Part shown: piece by piece, positions 20,088 to 29,560 of the stretch
Position numbering within the stretch: position 1 is the stretch's first letter
Layout: every line of letters begins with the position of its first letter
Assembly: GCA_963745455.1 (NCBI GenBank)
Contig: CAVUXR010000006.1
Location: 31,457-63,456 of the forward strand
Reading direction: 5' to 3'
DNA: 32,000 bases
DNA from: an uncultured beta proteobacterium
GTDB taxonomy: Bacteria > Pseudomonadota > Gammaproteobacteria > Burkholderiales > Nitrosomonadaceae
Translations under genes and position numbers: made by a program
Notes under the pieces: generated by a model
The model's input: only the letters and a program-made list of their open reading frames with translations
Told to the model about the DNA's origin: nothing
The model's database searches: none

Positions 20088-20744
20088 ATGAAAAATTACT
20101 GGATTGAACGATGGAAGCGTGAAGATACCGGTTTTCATCAGAACGAAATCAACCCCTATCTGCGCCAGTATTGGGAAGAACTGCATCTCGCTCGCGGCAG
20201 CGAAGTGTTCGTTCCCCTGTGCGGCAAAAGCCGTGACATGCTGTGGCTCCACGAGCAGGGGTATTCCGTTCTGGGCGTGGAGTTGAGCTCTATCGCGGTG
20301 CAAGCATTCTTCGAGGAAAACGCATACAGCCCGAGTCGTATCCCTCGCGAAAAATTCGAACAATGGAAAGCCAATGGCATCCGCATCCTGTGCGGTGATT
20401 TTTTCGAATTGAGCAAAGATGACCTGGTAAAAGCGAGTGCAGTGTATGACCGGGCATCTCTGGTCGCCCTCTCGCCGGACATACGGGCACGTTATACATT
20501 TCACCTGTTGAGCATCCTGCCGCCGGGAACGCAGATTCTGCTCATCACTTTTGACTACCCGCAGCAGGAAATGCCAGGGCCACCGTTTGCGGTTTCTCCA
20601 GGGGAAGTGGAGGCGCTCTACCGCGGACGTGCCGAGATACGGCTGCTGGCGCAACTGGACGTGCTGGAGCAAAACCCGCGCTTTCAGGAACGCGGCCTTA
20701 GCCGACTCCAGGAAAGTATCTTCCTGTTAACACCGTACAGTTAG
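20088..20744 (+). CDS. tpm: Thiopurine S-methyltransferase family (Tpm; methylation of Se/Te compounds)
   Basis: 218 aa reading MKNYWIERWKREDTGFHQNEINPYLRQYW...VFVPLCGKSRDMLWLHEQGYSVLGVELS...YDRASLVAL.... This is the typical TPMT fold signature. Confidence 0.88.
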   Translation: MKNYWIERWKREDTGFHQNEINPYLRQYWEELHLARGSEVFVPLCGKSRDMLWLHEQGYSVLGVELSSIAVQAFFEENAYSPSRIPREKFEQWKANGIRILCGDFFELSKDDLVKASAVYDRASLVALSPDIRARYTFHLLSILPPGTQILLITFDYPQQEMPGPPFAVSPGEVEALYRGRAEIRLLAQLDVLEQNPRFQERGLSRLQESIFLLTPYS

Positions 20745-20856
20745 AATCCGAAGCCCTATTAGTGAATGCAAATCTTCCTTACCTCACAGCTTCGCGAAGT
20801 CTGTTAACCATCAGATCTGGCAGCTTAAAGGTAGACCGGGAGCAACCTAAGACCCT

Positions 20857-22236
20857 TTATAGCTCAGCCTCGGCTCGAGGTGACTTCACATGGGTCTGCT
20901 CATCGTCATGCCAAAGTTTTTCATCCAGTATTTCGATCCAGTGATCGACAGGTAAGGAAGTACCGCCGCGCACGTGCATGAGGCAACCAATGTTGGCGGT
21001 GACGATCCGCCCGGGAGAGCCCGATTCCAACGCAGTGACCTTGTTTACCAGCAACTGTTGCGACAGCTCCGGCTGGAGTATGGAATACGTTCCCGCCGAT
21101 CCGCAGCACAGATGCGCATCCGGAACATAAGTCAGTTCGAATCCGGCTGCCACGAGAATTTTCTCGACGATCCCGCGAATCCTCATCCCGTGTTGCAAGG
21201 TGCAGGGCGAATGAAAGGCCAGCTTAGGCATTTCATCATGTGTGCCAATTGTATTGGAAGCTCTGCCGAGAAGCGGCCGAAGGGTCTGCATTTCGGCATC
21301 AATGACTTCACTGATATCCCTGGCCATTTCAGAAATTGCCATCGCCTTTTCCGCATAGGCAGGGTCATGCCTCAATAAATGTCCATATTCCTTGATGGTG
21401 ACGCCGCAGCCGCTGGCCGTTATGACAATAGCTTCCGCGCTGTCGAAATTTTCCGCTTCTTCCACGCCTTTCGTTCCTGGCCCAACGCCAGTGCCTGACC
21501 GATTGGCAACATATGGCCACCAGGCATCCACGTTGCGGCGCATGTAATCCAGCCCTTCCTCCTGAGCATTGAGGTGATAAGACACGGCTCCGCAGCATCC
21601 TGCGTTTGCGGCTTTGATTGCGGAAATACCCAGCCTGTCGAGCACGCGCGCGGTGGCAACATTGATGTTGGGTGCCAGAGCTGGCTGAACGCAGCCTTCT
21701 AGTATCAGCATTTTTCGCGCATGACGCGCGGGCGGCCACGCAGGCACGTTGGACTGCTGAGCCTGCGCGGGCGGCAGGGCCTCCCGAAGGCGCCCCGGCA
21801 GCAAACTAAGGAAAGGGCGAGTAGATTGCCCCAGCTTCAGTAACGAGCTGAATATGCCTGAGTTGGGCAAGACCCGGCGCAGCGCGTATCGCATCGTACC
21901 AGCGGCAAGACCGCGCCCAACCTTCTTTTCAACAATGCCGCGGCCGATATCGACCAACCGCCCATAGCGCACGCCGGACGGGCAAACCGTCTCGCAGGCC
22001 CGGCAGGTGAGGCAACGGTCGAGATGCAGTTGTGTCTTTTCGGTAACAGGCGCACCTTCCAAAACCTGCTTCATGAGGTAGATGCGCCCGCGCGGGCTAT
22101 CCAGTTCATCGCCCAGCAACTGATACGTGGGGCATGTGGCAAGGCAAAAACCGCAATGAACGCAAGTCCGCAGTATCTCCTCCGCTTCCTGTCCTTCCGG
22201 AGTATCTTTGATGAAATCGGCGAGATTGGTCTGCAT
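20857..22236 (-). CDS. glcF: Glycolate oxidase iron-sulfur subunit
   Basis: 459 aa with two ferredoxin-type clusters (CVHCGFCLATCP and CLTCRACETVCP) and two CCG domains (GCCGAVS, HLCCGSAG). It starts 2 nt after the glcE stop. Confidence 0.9.
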   Translation of the reverse strand: MQTNLADFIKDTPEGQEAEEILRTCVHCGFCLATCPTYQLLGDELDSPRGRIYLMKQVLEGAPVTEKTQLHLDRCLTCRACETVCPSGVRYGRLVDIGRGIVEKKVGRGLAAGTMRYALRRVLPNSGIFSSLLKLGQSTRPFLSLLPGRLREALPPAQAQQSNVPAWPPARHARKMLILEGCVQPALAPNINVATARVLDRLGISAIKAANAGCCGAVSYHLNAQEEGLDYMRRNVDAWWPYVANRSGTGVGPGTKGVEEAENFDSAEAIVITASGCGVTIKEYGHLLRHDPAYAEKAMAISEMARDISEVIDAEMQTLRPLLGRASNTIGTHDEMPKLAFHSPCTLQHGMRIRGIVEKILVAAGFELTYVPDAHLCCGSAGTYSILQPELSQQLLVNKVTALESGSPGRIVTANIGCLMHVRGGTSLPVDHWIEILDEKLWHDDEQTHVKSPRAEAEL

Positions 22237-22238
22237 AG

Positions 22239-23390
22239 TTATAGTTGCGGATACATCCGGCCGGGATTGAATAATCCCTTGGGGTCGAATTTTTCCTTCA
22301 GACGCCTGGTTATTGTCATCATGGCTGGAGCAAGCGGCTGAAACACGTCAGTGCGCGGACCATCGGTTCTGAACAATGTAGCGTGGCCGCCCGCCTCACT
22401 CGCCGCCTTGCGTATGGCGATGCGCACTGCTTCGGCATCTTCATGGCTGGCTATCAGCCAGCGTAATGCCCCACCCCACTCTATCAATTGTTTTCCCGGC
22501 AGTGATAGCGGCGGAGTGGTCGATTTTATCGACAAGCGCCACAGGTCCTTGTTCTCATTCTTCTCTTTACTCCCCTTGTCTTCTTGAAAAAATGGATGCG
22601 TCTGTTCGCGCACCGATGCCCAGAAAGCTTTGCCCTCGGGGATTTCGTCACCGCCCAGTTTGGCACGGGCCGCGCGTACGGCGGGCTCGGCGCCGGAGAG
22701 CCTTAAAGTCAGTTCCCCGTCGCAGAAACAGGTTGCCGAAATGGCCAGCGGCTTGCCTGCCAAGTTACTCATGTTCTTGATTGCTTCAGCCTCGTCCATT
22801 TCAAACCGCAGCGTAAGCTCCATCGCCGGTATGGGCAGCACTTTAAGCGAAACCTCTAACAGCACGCCCAAGGTTCCCATTGAACCGGTCATCAGCCGTG
22901 ATACGTCATAGCCTGCAACGTTTTTCATGACCTGCCCGCCAAAACTCAAGTCATCCCCTCTGCCGTCGAGCATGCGAACCCCCAATACAAAATCGCGCGC
23001 GGCCCCGGCAGATACGCGGCGCGGGCCAGACAAGCCAGTGGCGATACAACCGCCAAGGGTCGCGCCCGAACCAAAGTGAGGCGGCTCGAAAGCAAGCATC
23101 TGGCCATGCCTATATAGCTCGGCTTCAAGATCAGCCAGGCGCGTGCCGCTGCGAGCAGTGGCCACCAGTTCCGTTGGCTCGTAATCCACCATGCCCGCGT
23201 AAGATGCCACATCCAGAAACTCCACCTCCGAGTCATCATAACTGCCGGGGTTGACATTGTCCTGTCCGGCCCGTTTGATATGAGCATTGCCGTAGAAATC
23301 CTTCGTGCCTCCGCCGCGAATATGCAATGCCGTGTTATGCCCGGCAGCCACGCGGATCGCGTCGGCAAATTGATCGATAAGATATTGCAT
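22239..23390 (-). CDS. glcE: Glycolate oxidase FAD-binding subunit
   Basis: Alignment to E. coli GlcE (recalled from memory) runs from MQYLIDQFADAIR... to ...FDPKGLFNPGRMYPQL. The track ORF start at 23516 would overlap glcD and add non-conserved residues, so the ATG at 23390 is preferred. No obvious SD sequence. Confidence 0.85.
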   Translation of the reverse strand: MQYLIDQFADAIRVAAGHNTALHIRGGGTKDFYGNAHIKRAGQDNVNPGSYDDSEVEFLDVASYAGMVDYEPTELVATARSGTRLADLEAELYRHGQMLAFEPPHFGSGATLGGCIATGLSGPRRVSAGAARDFVLGVRMLDGRGDDLSFGGQVMKNVAGYDVSRLMTGSMGTLGVLLEVSLKVLPIPAMELTLRFEMDEAEAIKNMSNLAGKPLAISATCFCDGELTLRLSGAEPAVRAARAKLGGDEIPEGKAFWASVREQTHPFFQEDKGSKEKNENKDLWRLSIKSTTPPLSLPGKQLIEWGGALRWLIASHEDAEAVRIAIRKAASEAGGHATLFRTDGPRTDVFQPLAPAMMTITRRLKEKFDPKGLFNPGRMYPQL

Positions 23391-23457
23391 AGCTTGGGTT
23401 AGCAGGAAGATAACACCGAAAATAAGCAGGGAAGATAAGGTAGGTATCAACCTGCTT

Positions 23458-24912
23458 TCAAAATCTCGGCAGTTCCGGGAATTTTTCTTCGCCCCGATGC
23501 ACATGCATGGCGCCATGCTCGGCGCAGCGGCGCAATGCCGGTACCGCCTTTCCCGGGTTCAGTAATTCCTCGGGGTCAAAGGCAGCTTTGATTGCATGAA
23601 ACATTTCCAGTTCCGGCGTTTTGAATTGCGAACACATCTGGTCGATTTTCTCGATGCCTACCCCATGCTCGCCGGTGATCGTGCCCCCGGCCTTTATGCA
23701 CATCTGTAGTATTTGCGCGCCGAATTCCTCGGCCAGTGCGAGTTCTCCAGGCTGGTTGGCGTCGTAAAGAATCAGCGGGTGCAAATTCCCGTCGCCAGCA
23801 TGAAAAACATTCATGCATCGTAAACCGTACTTACTGGAGAGCACTTCAATGCCGGACAACACCTCCGCAAGCCTCTTGCGGGGAATGGTGCCATCCATGC
23901 AGTAATAATCCGGTGATACCCGGCCTGCCGCCGGAAAAGCCGCCTTGCGCCCGGCCCAGAATCTCAGCCGTTCTGCCTCATTTTGTGAAGCCCTGATTTC
24001 GGTCGCGCCACTCCGGGTCATGATTTCATCGATTCGCTGGATCTCTTCCGCCACTTCTTCCGCCGCGCCATCGGACTCGCACAAAAGGATGGCGGCTGCG
24101 TCAAGATTGTAGCCGGCATGCACGTATTCTTCGACGGCATGGGTGGTGATCTTGTCCATCATCTCCATCCCGGCAGGGATGATACCGGCGGCGATGACGT
24201 TGGCTACGGCATCGCCCGCCTTGCGTATATCGTCAAATGCCGCCATGACAACCTGAGCCTTTTCCGGCCTGGGCAAGAGTTTTACAGTAACCTCGGTCAC
24301 AATACCCAGCATGCCTTCGCTACCCGTCATAAGCGCGAGCAGGTCATAGCCTGGCGCATCCAGGCCGTCACCGCCAATTTCAAGAATCTCCCCCTCTATC
24401 GTTATGACGCGCAGCTTGAGGATATTGTGCACGGTAAGCCCGTACTTAAGGCAGTGCACTCCTCCCGAGTTTTCCGCTACATTTCCGCCGATGGAGCAGG
24501 CAATTTGCGAGGAAGGATCGGGCGCGTAATACAAACCGTAAGGTGCCGCCGCCTCGCTGATGGCCAGATTGCGCACCCCTGGCTGAACCTGGGCGGTGCG
24601 CGCGGCGGAGTCTATTTTCAGTATGCGTTTCAGCTTGGCAAGCGATAGCAAGACACCCTCAGGATGAGGCAATGCGCCGCCGGACAGACCAGTGCCAGCT
24701 CCACGCGCCACCACTGGAGTCTTCGATGCATGACAAATGCGCAATACTTCGACCACTTCCTCTTCGCTTTGTGGCAGTGCCACGATCATCGGCAGTTGGC
24801 GATATGCCGACAGACCATCGCACTCATACGGTCGCAAGTCCTCGGTATCATGGAGTATCGCGTTTGGGGGCAGGATAGTGCGCAGCCTGGCGGCAAGTTC
24901 GAGAGGGTTCAT
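23458..24912 (-). CDS. glcD: Glycolate oxidase subunit GlcD (FAD-linked oxidase)
   Basis: 484 aa, full length, with ...VVARGAGTGLSGGALP..., ...GYDLLALMTGSEGMLGIVTEVTVKL..., ...GTITGEHGVGIEK.... Its ATG overlaps the upstream gene's stop (ATGA). Confidence 0.93.
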   Translation of the reverse strand: MNPLELAARLRTILPPNAILHDTEDLRPYECDGLSAYRQLPMIVALPQSEEEVVEVLRICHASKTPVVARGAGTGLSGGALPHPEGVLLSLAKLKRILKIDSAARTAQVQPGVRNLAISEAAAPYGLYYAPDPSSQIACSIGGNVAENSGGVHCLKYGLTVHNILKLRVITIEGEILEIGGDGLDAPGYDLLALMTGSEGMLGIVTEVTVKLLPRPEKAQVVMAAFDDIRKAGDAVANVIAAGIIPAGMEMMDKITTHAVEEYVHAGYNLDAAAILLCESDGAAEEVAEEIQRIDEIMTRSGATEIRASQNEAERLRFWAGRKAAFPAAGRVSPDYYCMDGTIPRKRLAEVLSGIEVLSSKYGLRCMNVFHAGDGNLHPLILYDANQPGELALAEEFGAQILQMCIKAGGTITGEHGVGIEKIDQMCSQFKTPELEMFHAIKAAFDPEELLNPGKAVPALRRCAEHGAMHVHRGEEKFPELPRF

Positions 24913-25841
24913 GCTTCGTGTCTTTTATTACCAGGCTGAATTTCGTGATTCGCCAGCTTTTCCAGTACCTGTACCACTGCCGAACTATCGGATTTGGCGC
25001 CCCCATGAGCGATACATGCATTGAACAATTCCTGAACCAGGGCCGTGGCAGGCAAACTTACGCTCAATGCGCGTGCATTGGAAAGGGCGAGATTCAAATC
25101 CTTCTGATGCAATTCAACGCGGAATCCCGGTTCGAACGCATGCTTGATCATACGTTCGCCGTGCACCTCCAGCACGCGCGAGGCCGCAAAACCGCCCAGC
25201 AAGGCTTCGCGTACCCTGACGGGATCGGCACCCGCTTTTGAAGCAAACAGCAAGCCCTCCCCCACCGCTTCAATAGTCAGTGCGACGATAATCTGGTTAG
25301 CGATCTTGCAAATTTGCCCCGCGCCATTCTCTCCAACCAGCGTAATCGTTTTACCCATCAGTTCGAGAAAAGGCCTTACTCTTTCGAACACCGTTTCTGA
25401 CGCGCCAACCATGATGGTAAGGGTAGCATTCCTCGCGCCGATATCGCCGCCGGATACGGGCGCGTCTACGTAATCACAGCCGAGCTGCCCGATTCTTGCA
25501 GCGAACGTTCTGGTTTCGATAGGCGAAATCGAGCTCATATCCATCACGACTTTACAACTCCTCAGAGCACCTCCCCGGCCTTCGTTCTTTAATCCTTGTG
25601 CCACGCCATTCTCACCGAACAGCACCTGTTCGACATCCTGGGTATCCGGCAGCATGGTAATGATGATATCCGCGTTGCGGGCCACGTCGCTGGGCGAGGA
25701 ACAGGCCGACGCACCCTGGCTGAGCAATTCGTCGGGCACGCCGCTGCGGGAATATAAAAACAACGTATACCCGGCTTTAATAAGATGCCCGGCCATGGGC
25801 CTGCCCATGATGCCAAGGCCGATGAAACCGATGCTCGTCAT
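24909..25841 (-). CDS. NAD(P)-dependent 2-hydroxy-3-oxopropionate (tartronate semialdehyde) reductase / 3-hydroxyisobutyrate dehydrogenase family
   Basis: N-terminal Rossmann motif IGFIGLGIMGRPMAGHL and a family-typical core (...DAPVSGG...GAGQICKIANQ...). The start at 25841 (MTSIG...) is preferred; the track start at 25871 is also possible. Substrate cannot be assigned from sequence alone. Confidence 0.82.
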   Translation of the reverse strand: MTSIGFIGLGIMGRPMAGHLIKAGYTLFLYSRSGVPDELLSQGASACSSPSDVARNADIIITMLPDTQDVEQVLFGENGVAQGLKNEGRGGALRSCKVVMDMSSISPIETRTFAARIGQLGCDYVDAPVSGGDIGARNATLTIMVGASETVFERVRPFLELMGKTITLVGENGAGQICKIANQIIVALTIEAVGEGLLFASKAGADPVRVREALLGGFAASRVLEVHGERMIKHAFEPGFRVELHQKDLNLALSNARALSVSLPATALVQELFNACIAHGGAKSDSSAVVQVLEKLANHEIQPGNKRHEA

Positions 25842-25996
25842 TTCTGACGCGCTATCCATAAAATAAAACATCCATAATTAAAGCAAATTTAAAAACTCAA
25901 TAAGAACTTAGGCGAGCTTGTGCGCCCGAGGTTTAGCTAATGGAAACTTTGTCGATGTCCCGTTGACAAATACGGACCAGGTTTCCCGCATCTTGC

Positions 25997-26029
25997 AGCA
26001 GGATGGGTGACGTAAAACTCAACCCATCA
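25997..26029. repeat. REP-like element, copy 3 (AGCAGGATGGGTGACGTAAAACTCAACCCATCA), same orientation as copy 1
   Basis: It shares the 12-nt AGCAGGATGGGT leader and the ACCCATCA arm with 13783-13816. Confidence 0.7.
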
Positions 26030-26131
26030 TTTACCTTGAATTTATCGGCGGGCATTCTAAAAATAGCTCTGTTGCTGCCAAAACCGCGCTTCTATCCGTT
26101 CATATTTTGTATTGTATTGCGTTTGGCTTTT

Positions 26132-26160
26132 GATGGGTTACGCTACGCCCACCCATTCTA
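26132..26160. repeat. REP-like element, copy 4 (GATGGGTTACGCTACGCCCACCCATTCTAC), same orientation as copy 2
   Basis: It aligns with 13980-14010 (GATGGGTTGCGTTTTACTTCACCCAGCCTAC). Together with copy 3 it forms a second inverted doublet. Confidence 0.65.
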
Positions 26161-26413
26161 CTACTATGCAAACTTAAATCTGCAGCCAGCACCCAAGCTG
26201 TGAGAACCTCAAACTTAAGAGCATCAAGATCAGGTCAAATATGCTCGTCCAATTAAAATCGACCCAAGGAGCCGGAGTGACGAAATTTCAGTGGAATAGT
26301 TCAAACCTTAGTAATCATGTACGTAAAACCCATAAAAGTATAATCGCCGACCCGCAGCGCGCCGTTCGGGCCTGCGCAGGTGTCGCGGGCCGGCAAGTCA
26401 TGGAAGACACAGT

Positions 26414-27568
26414 ATGAGTCAACAACCTATCGTCATCATCGGCAGCGGCCTGGCAGGCTACACTGTCGCCCGTGAATTTCGCAAGCTGGATGCTGAGACG
26501 CCCATCCTGATCATTTCCGCCGATCACGGTGGTTTCTATTCCAAGCCGACTCTTTCAAACGCTCTGGCCACGGGGAAAACGCCTGCGTCTATCATGACCT
26601 CCAGTGCGGAGAAAATGGCCGAACAGCTCAAGATGACGATCCGCTCTCGCAGCCGGGTAACGGGCATCGACTCGGTCCATAAAACGGTGGAGCTTGAGAA
26701 TGGAGAAAGGCTGACATACAGCCAACTTGTCCTGGCGCTAGGTGCTGACCCGATCCGGTTGCCGCTTGAAGGCGAAGGGGCGGAAGATATCCTGTCGGTG
26801 AACGATCTCGATGATTACCAGCGCTTGCGCGATACACTGGAAGGAAAAAGGGATGTTACCATCCTGGGCGCCGGATTGATCGGATGCGAATTTGCCAATG
26901 ATCTCGCAGTGGCAGGCTATCGGGTAAGCGTCATCGATATTAGTCCCCAGCCTCTTGGAAGGCTGTTGCCCCAGCCCGGCGGCGCCTTTCTACAACGCAA
27001 ATTGGAAGCGGCCGGTGTGACCTTTCACCTGGGTGACGCTACTCAGCGCGTCGAGCGGATTCATGAAAGCTATCGCCTGACTCTCGCCAATGGCAAAATC
27101 ATTCAGACGGACGTCGTACTTTCGGCTGTCGGACTACGGCCCCGCACGGCTATGGCGCAGGCGGCCGGCATAGCGGTAAATCGCGGCATAGCAGTAAACC
27201 GCTCTTTGCAAACCCATCATCCCGATGTTTACGCTCTCGGCGACTGCGCCGAGGTGGAAGGCAGGGTATTGCCATTCGTCATGCCTATCATGCACGCCGC
27301 GCGCAGCCTGGCGGCAACATTGGCCAAGACTCCGACCGCGGTGCGGTATCCTGCCATGCCTGTACTGGTCAAGACCCCGGCCTGCCCAACCGTCGTGTCG
27401 CCGCCCGACTCTGCCACGCAAGGCGAATGGCTGGTCGAGGAAGATGAAAATGGAGTCAAGGCATTATTTAAAAGTGCGGACGGCAAGCTGCTTGGTTACG
27501 CTCTTCTTGGCGCCTCAACGAAGGAAAAGAACGCCCTCGCGGCGCAGTTGCCGGCGGTGATGGAGTGA
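26414..27568 (+). CDS. Rubredoxin-NAD(+) reductase-like FAD-dependent pyridine nucleotide-disulfide oxidoreductase
   Basis: 384 aa, collinear with Pseudomonas rubredoxin reductase as I recall it: ...IVIIGSGLAGYTVAREFRKLD...YSKPTLS...ILGAGLIGCEFANDL...YALGDCAEV...PVLVKTPACPTVVSPP.... Confidence 0.82.
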   Translation: MSQQPIVIIGSGLAGYTVAREFRKLDAETPILIISADHGGFYSKPTLSNALATGKTPASIMTSSAEKMAEQLKMTIRSRSRVTGIDSVHKTVELENGERLTYSQLVLALGADPIRLPLEGEGAEDILSVNDLDDYQRLRDTLEGKRDVTILGAGLIGCEFANDLAVAGYRVSVIDISPQPLGRLLPQPGGAFLQRKLEAAGVTFHLGDATQRVERIHESYRLTLANGKIIQTDVVLSAVGLRPRTAMAQAAGIAVNRGIAVNRSLQTHHPDVYALGDCAEVEGRVLPFVMPIMHAARSLAATLAKTPTAVRYPAMPVLVKTPACPTVVSPPDSATQGEWLVEEDENGVKALFKSADGKLLGYALLGASTKEKNALAAQLPAVME

Positions 27569-27591
27569 TAAGGAGTGATAAGGAGTGCTAA
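27562..27591. repeat. Tandem 10-mer x 3 (GGAGTGATAA GGAGTGATAA GGAGTGCTAA) spanning the stop codon of the reductase gene
   Basis: Read directly from the sequence. The gene's TGA is at 27566-27568, inside unit 1. Confidence 0.9.
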
Positions 27592-27666
27592 ACGGCAGAG
27601 TGCACCCTTACTCCTTTATCATGTAACTGCACCGTAATAGCTTACTCTCAATACAGTGCGGATCCT

Positions 27667-29346
27667 CTAGTCAGCACGGTGGTCGTCCCATTCATGGCGA
27701 TTGGACATATGCAGCTGCCTGGCGGGAATAATTTCATACGTTACGTTATCGCCATGCTGCTGCGTGTAAAACACTCGCCAGCCGTTCCGGAATGGGCGTG
27801 GATTTTTTGCACCGAGGATGCCCTGAACCGACGGGTCGCCGTCGGAGATATGAATGCCAGTAATCTCGTTATCCCCATCATTTTGAAAACCGTTTGCCGG
27901 ATGACCGTCGCTCAAGGGTGAGTCTATGGTTGCCGAAGGATCACGCCCCTGTGCCAATATGCGAACCGGCTGATTAGCCGGTTGCGCGTAATCCGTATTC
28001 ATGTCAAAAAGGTAGCCCGAATCCAGCGCGTTGCGTTGCGTATGCAAGATATCGCCCGCGTCCTCGACCACAACCAGCTTGTCATTGCTCCAGAAGGCTA
28101 TGTTATCGAAGCCAGTATGGGCAACATCGGATTTATAAAAAATCGCTAAACGCCCAGAATCAGAAGAAGGATGTTTCTGCGAAATCTTGAATATGCCACC
28201 AAACCCTCCAAAGTCCGCACCAGCTTCGGTATTTTTATTCTTATCACCGCTTTCGGTGAAATAAAATTCCCTGAATGCTGTGCCAGGGCGAAAAACACCA
28301 TTCTCGGGGCGTCGGAACGGCGTTGCATTTTTTATCTTGGCGGCGGCATTGGCGTCAAAGGGAATGACGCCATCCACATCGGTATCATGAATGGTGATCC
28401 ATCGAGTATCGAATACGAGCGCATAGGAATGAAGATCCTTGGTATCCGGGGAAAGAATATCGCGGTCCGGATCAGCCGGGTTGAAAATGATGGGGCCGGG
28501 GTGACGTTTCGAAGCTACCTGAAGCGCCTGTAATTTTCCGCCCGCTCTCAGATCGTGCTTGTTCTTGGGGATAAATCGATAGATAAAGCTGTTGGGCTGC
28601 CTGGCGGTTTTATTTACAGCACCCGCCCTACCGCTCACATCTTCGACGATCCACAGATTGCCGTCCGAGTCGGCCTGAATACCCTCATAGCCCCCGCGCC
28701 CGAGAATACCGGAGATGTCTTCGACTGCGGAAGGATAAGTCGCAGTCGCTTGCCAAACGCCGATATTTTTACCGTGCTCGGCTGTAAACAAAAGGCGTTG
28801 CGCCCAAGGGTACCAGGTTGAGCCATCGAAAGCCGGCAGGGGTTGGCCTTTGATGTCTTTGTCCGCCATGAGTGTTACACGATGCGCCCCATCCGCTGCC
28901 AGGTTAATTCGCGTGATATAGCCCTGCTGGCCGCGCTCATGCCCTTGAAACAGGAAGTGTGAACCGTAATTGTAATTGCTGTCCGGCCCGGTTTGGCCAG
29001 GCAGAACCAGATAGGTATTTTTATCCGGGTCGGTCTTGCTGGCTTCGATAGTGGTACCGGGAACCTGGACTGCGCCTGGGGCAGGTAGATGCGGTCCATC
29101 ATTGTAGTAGCCGTAGAAACCGATCAGGGCGGTCGGGTTTTCAAGTTTCATAGCACCGTTCGCCCAAACGATCTGTTCCAATTCCGGGGAAAGAATATTT
29201 GGGGCGACAAAGCCTGCCGCCTTTGAATTGGCCGCCACAATATGCGTCAGTTGAGCCGGAGGCTGCGCCTGAGTCTGAGCATGGGAGGCCCCTAAACCCA
29301 TCATAGTCGCGCAGACAGCAAGAATTTTTTCTGCGATAACTGACAT
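27667..29346 (-). CDS. Secreted beta-propeller protein, DUF839/PhoX-like; function unassigned
   Basis: 559 aa with GGAGA RBS and signal peptide ...MMGLGASHA/QTQ. Repeated propeller-like motifs are present (...DSDGNLWIVEDVSG..., ...TPFRRPENGVFRPG..., ...GFDNIAFWSNDKLVVVEDAGD...). Family assignment rests on motif resemblance only. Confidence 0.55.
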   Translation of the reverse strand: MSVIAEKILAVCATMMGLGASHAQTQAQPPAQLTHIVAANSKAAGFVAPNILSPELEQIVWANGAMKLENPTALIGFYGYYNDGPHLPAPGAVQVPGTTIEASKTDPDKNTYLVLPGQTGPDSNYNYGSHFLFQGHERGQQGYITRINLAADGAHRVTLMADKDIKGQPLPAFDGSTWYPWAQRLLFTAEHGKNIGVWQATATYPSAVEDISGILGRGGYEGIQADSDGNLWIVEDVSGRAGAVNKTARQPNSFIYRFIPKNKHDLRAGGKLQALQVASKRHPGPIIFNPADPDRDILSPDTKDLHSYALVFDTRWITIHDTDVDGVIPFDANAAAKIKNATPFRRPENGVFRPGTAFREFYFTESGDKNKNTEAGADFGGFGGIFKISQKHPSSDSGRLAIFYKSDVAHTGFDNIAFWSNDKLVVVEDAGDILHTQRNALDSGYLFDMNTDYAQPANQPVRILAQGRDPSATIDSPLSDGHPANGFQNDGDNEITGIHISDGDPSVQGILGAKNPRPFRNGWRVFYTQQHGDNVTYEIIPARQLHMSNRHEWDDHRAD

Positions 29347-29560
29347 GAAATAATCTCCAACTTGTATATATTGCTACAGCATGAGCAGAGGCGATTACTT
29401 TCGCAGTTATTTTATGCGCAACCTGTGACAATACGATTTCATATTATTGACCGGTTCGTGGCGAGTGTTCACATGAGCGCGGGCGAAGCGGCTTTGGCTC
29501 AAGGACAGCGGATTGCTGCGGAAGAGAGGCGAACGGGTTTATCCAGGCTCTTACTTTAAA

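Noticed and set aside
20079-20672. 197-aa ORF on the - strand
   Set aside because: It is antisense to tpm, which has the clear TPMT signature and a sensible start.
23391-23516. N-terminal 42-residue extension of the glcE ORF (and similar 5' extensions of coxB, cyoE, the garR-like gene, and the 171-aa and 185-aa ORFs at 30504 and 31065)
   Set aside because: The extensions overlap upstream genes or lack an RBS, add non-conserved sequence, and have internal starts that align with family N-termini or signal peptides.
26003-26203. 66-aa ORF on the + strand
   Set aside because: It is made up largely of the two REP elements and the AT-rich spacer between them, a classic REP-derived spurious ORF.
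29421-29452. Pho box upstream of the PhoX-like gene (GTCA...TGTCAC on the gene strand)
   Set aside because: The two TGTCA-like elements are 22 nt apart with no intervening repeat at the 11-nt period. The match to CTGTCAT-N4-CTGTCAT is too weak.
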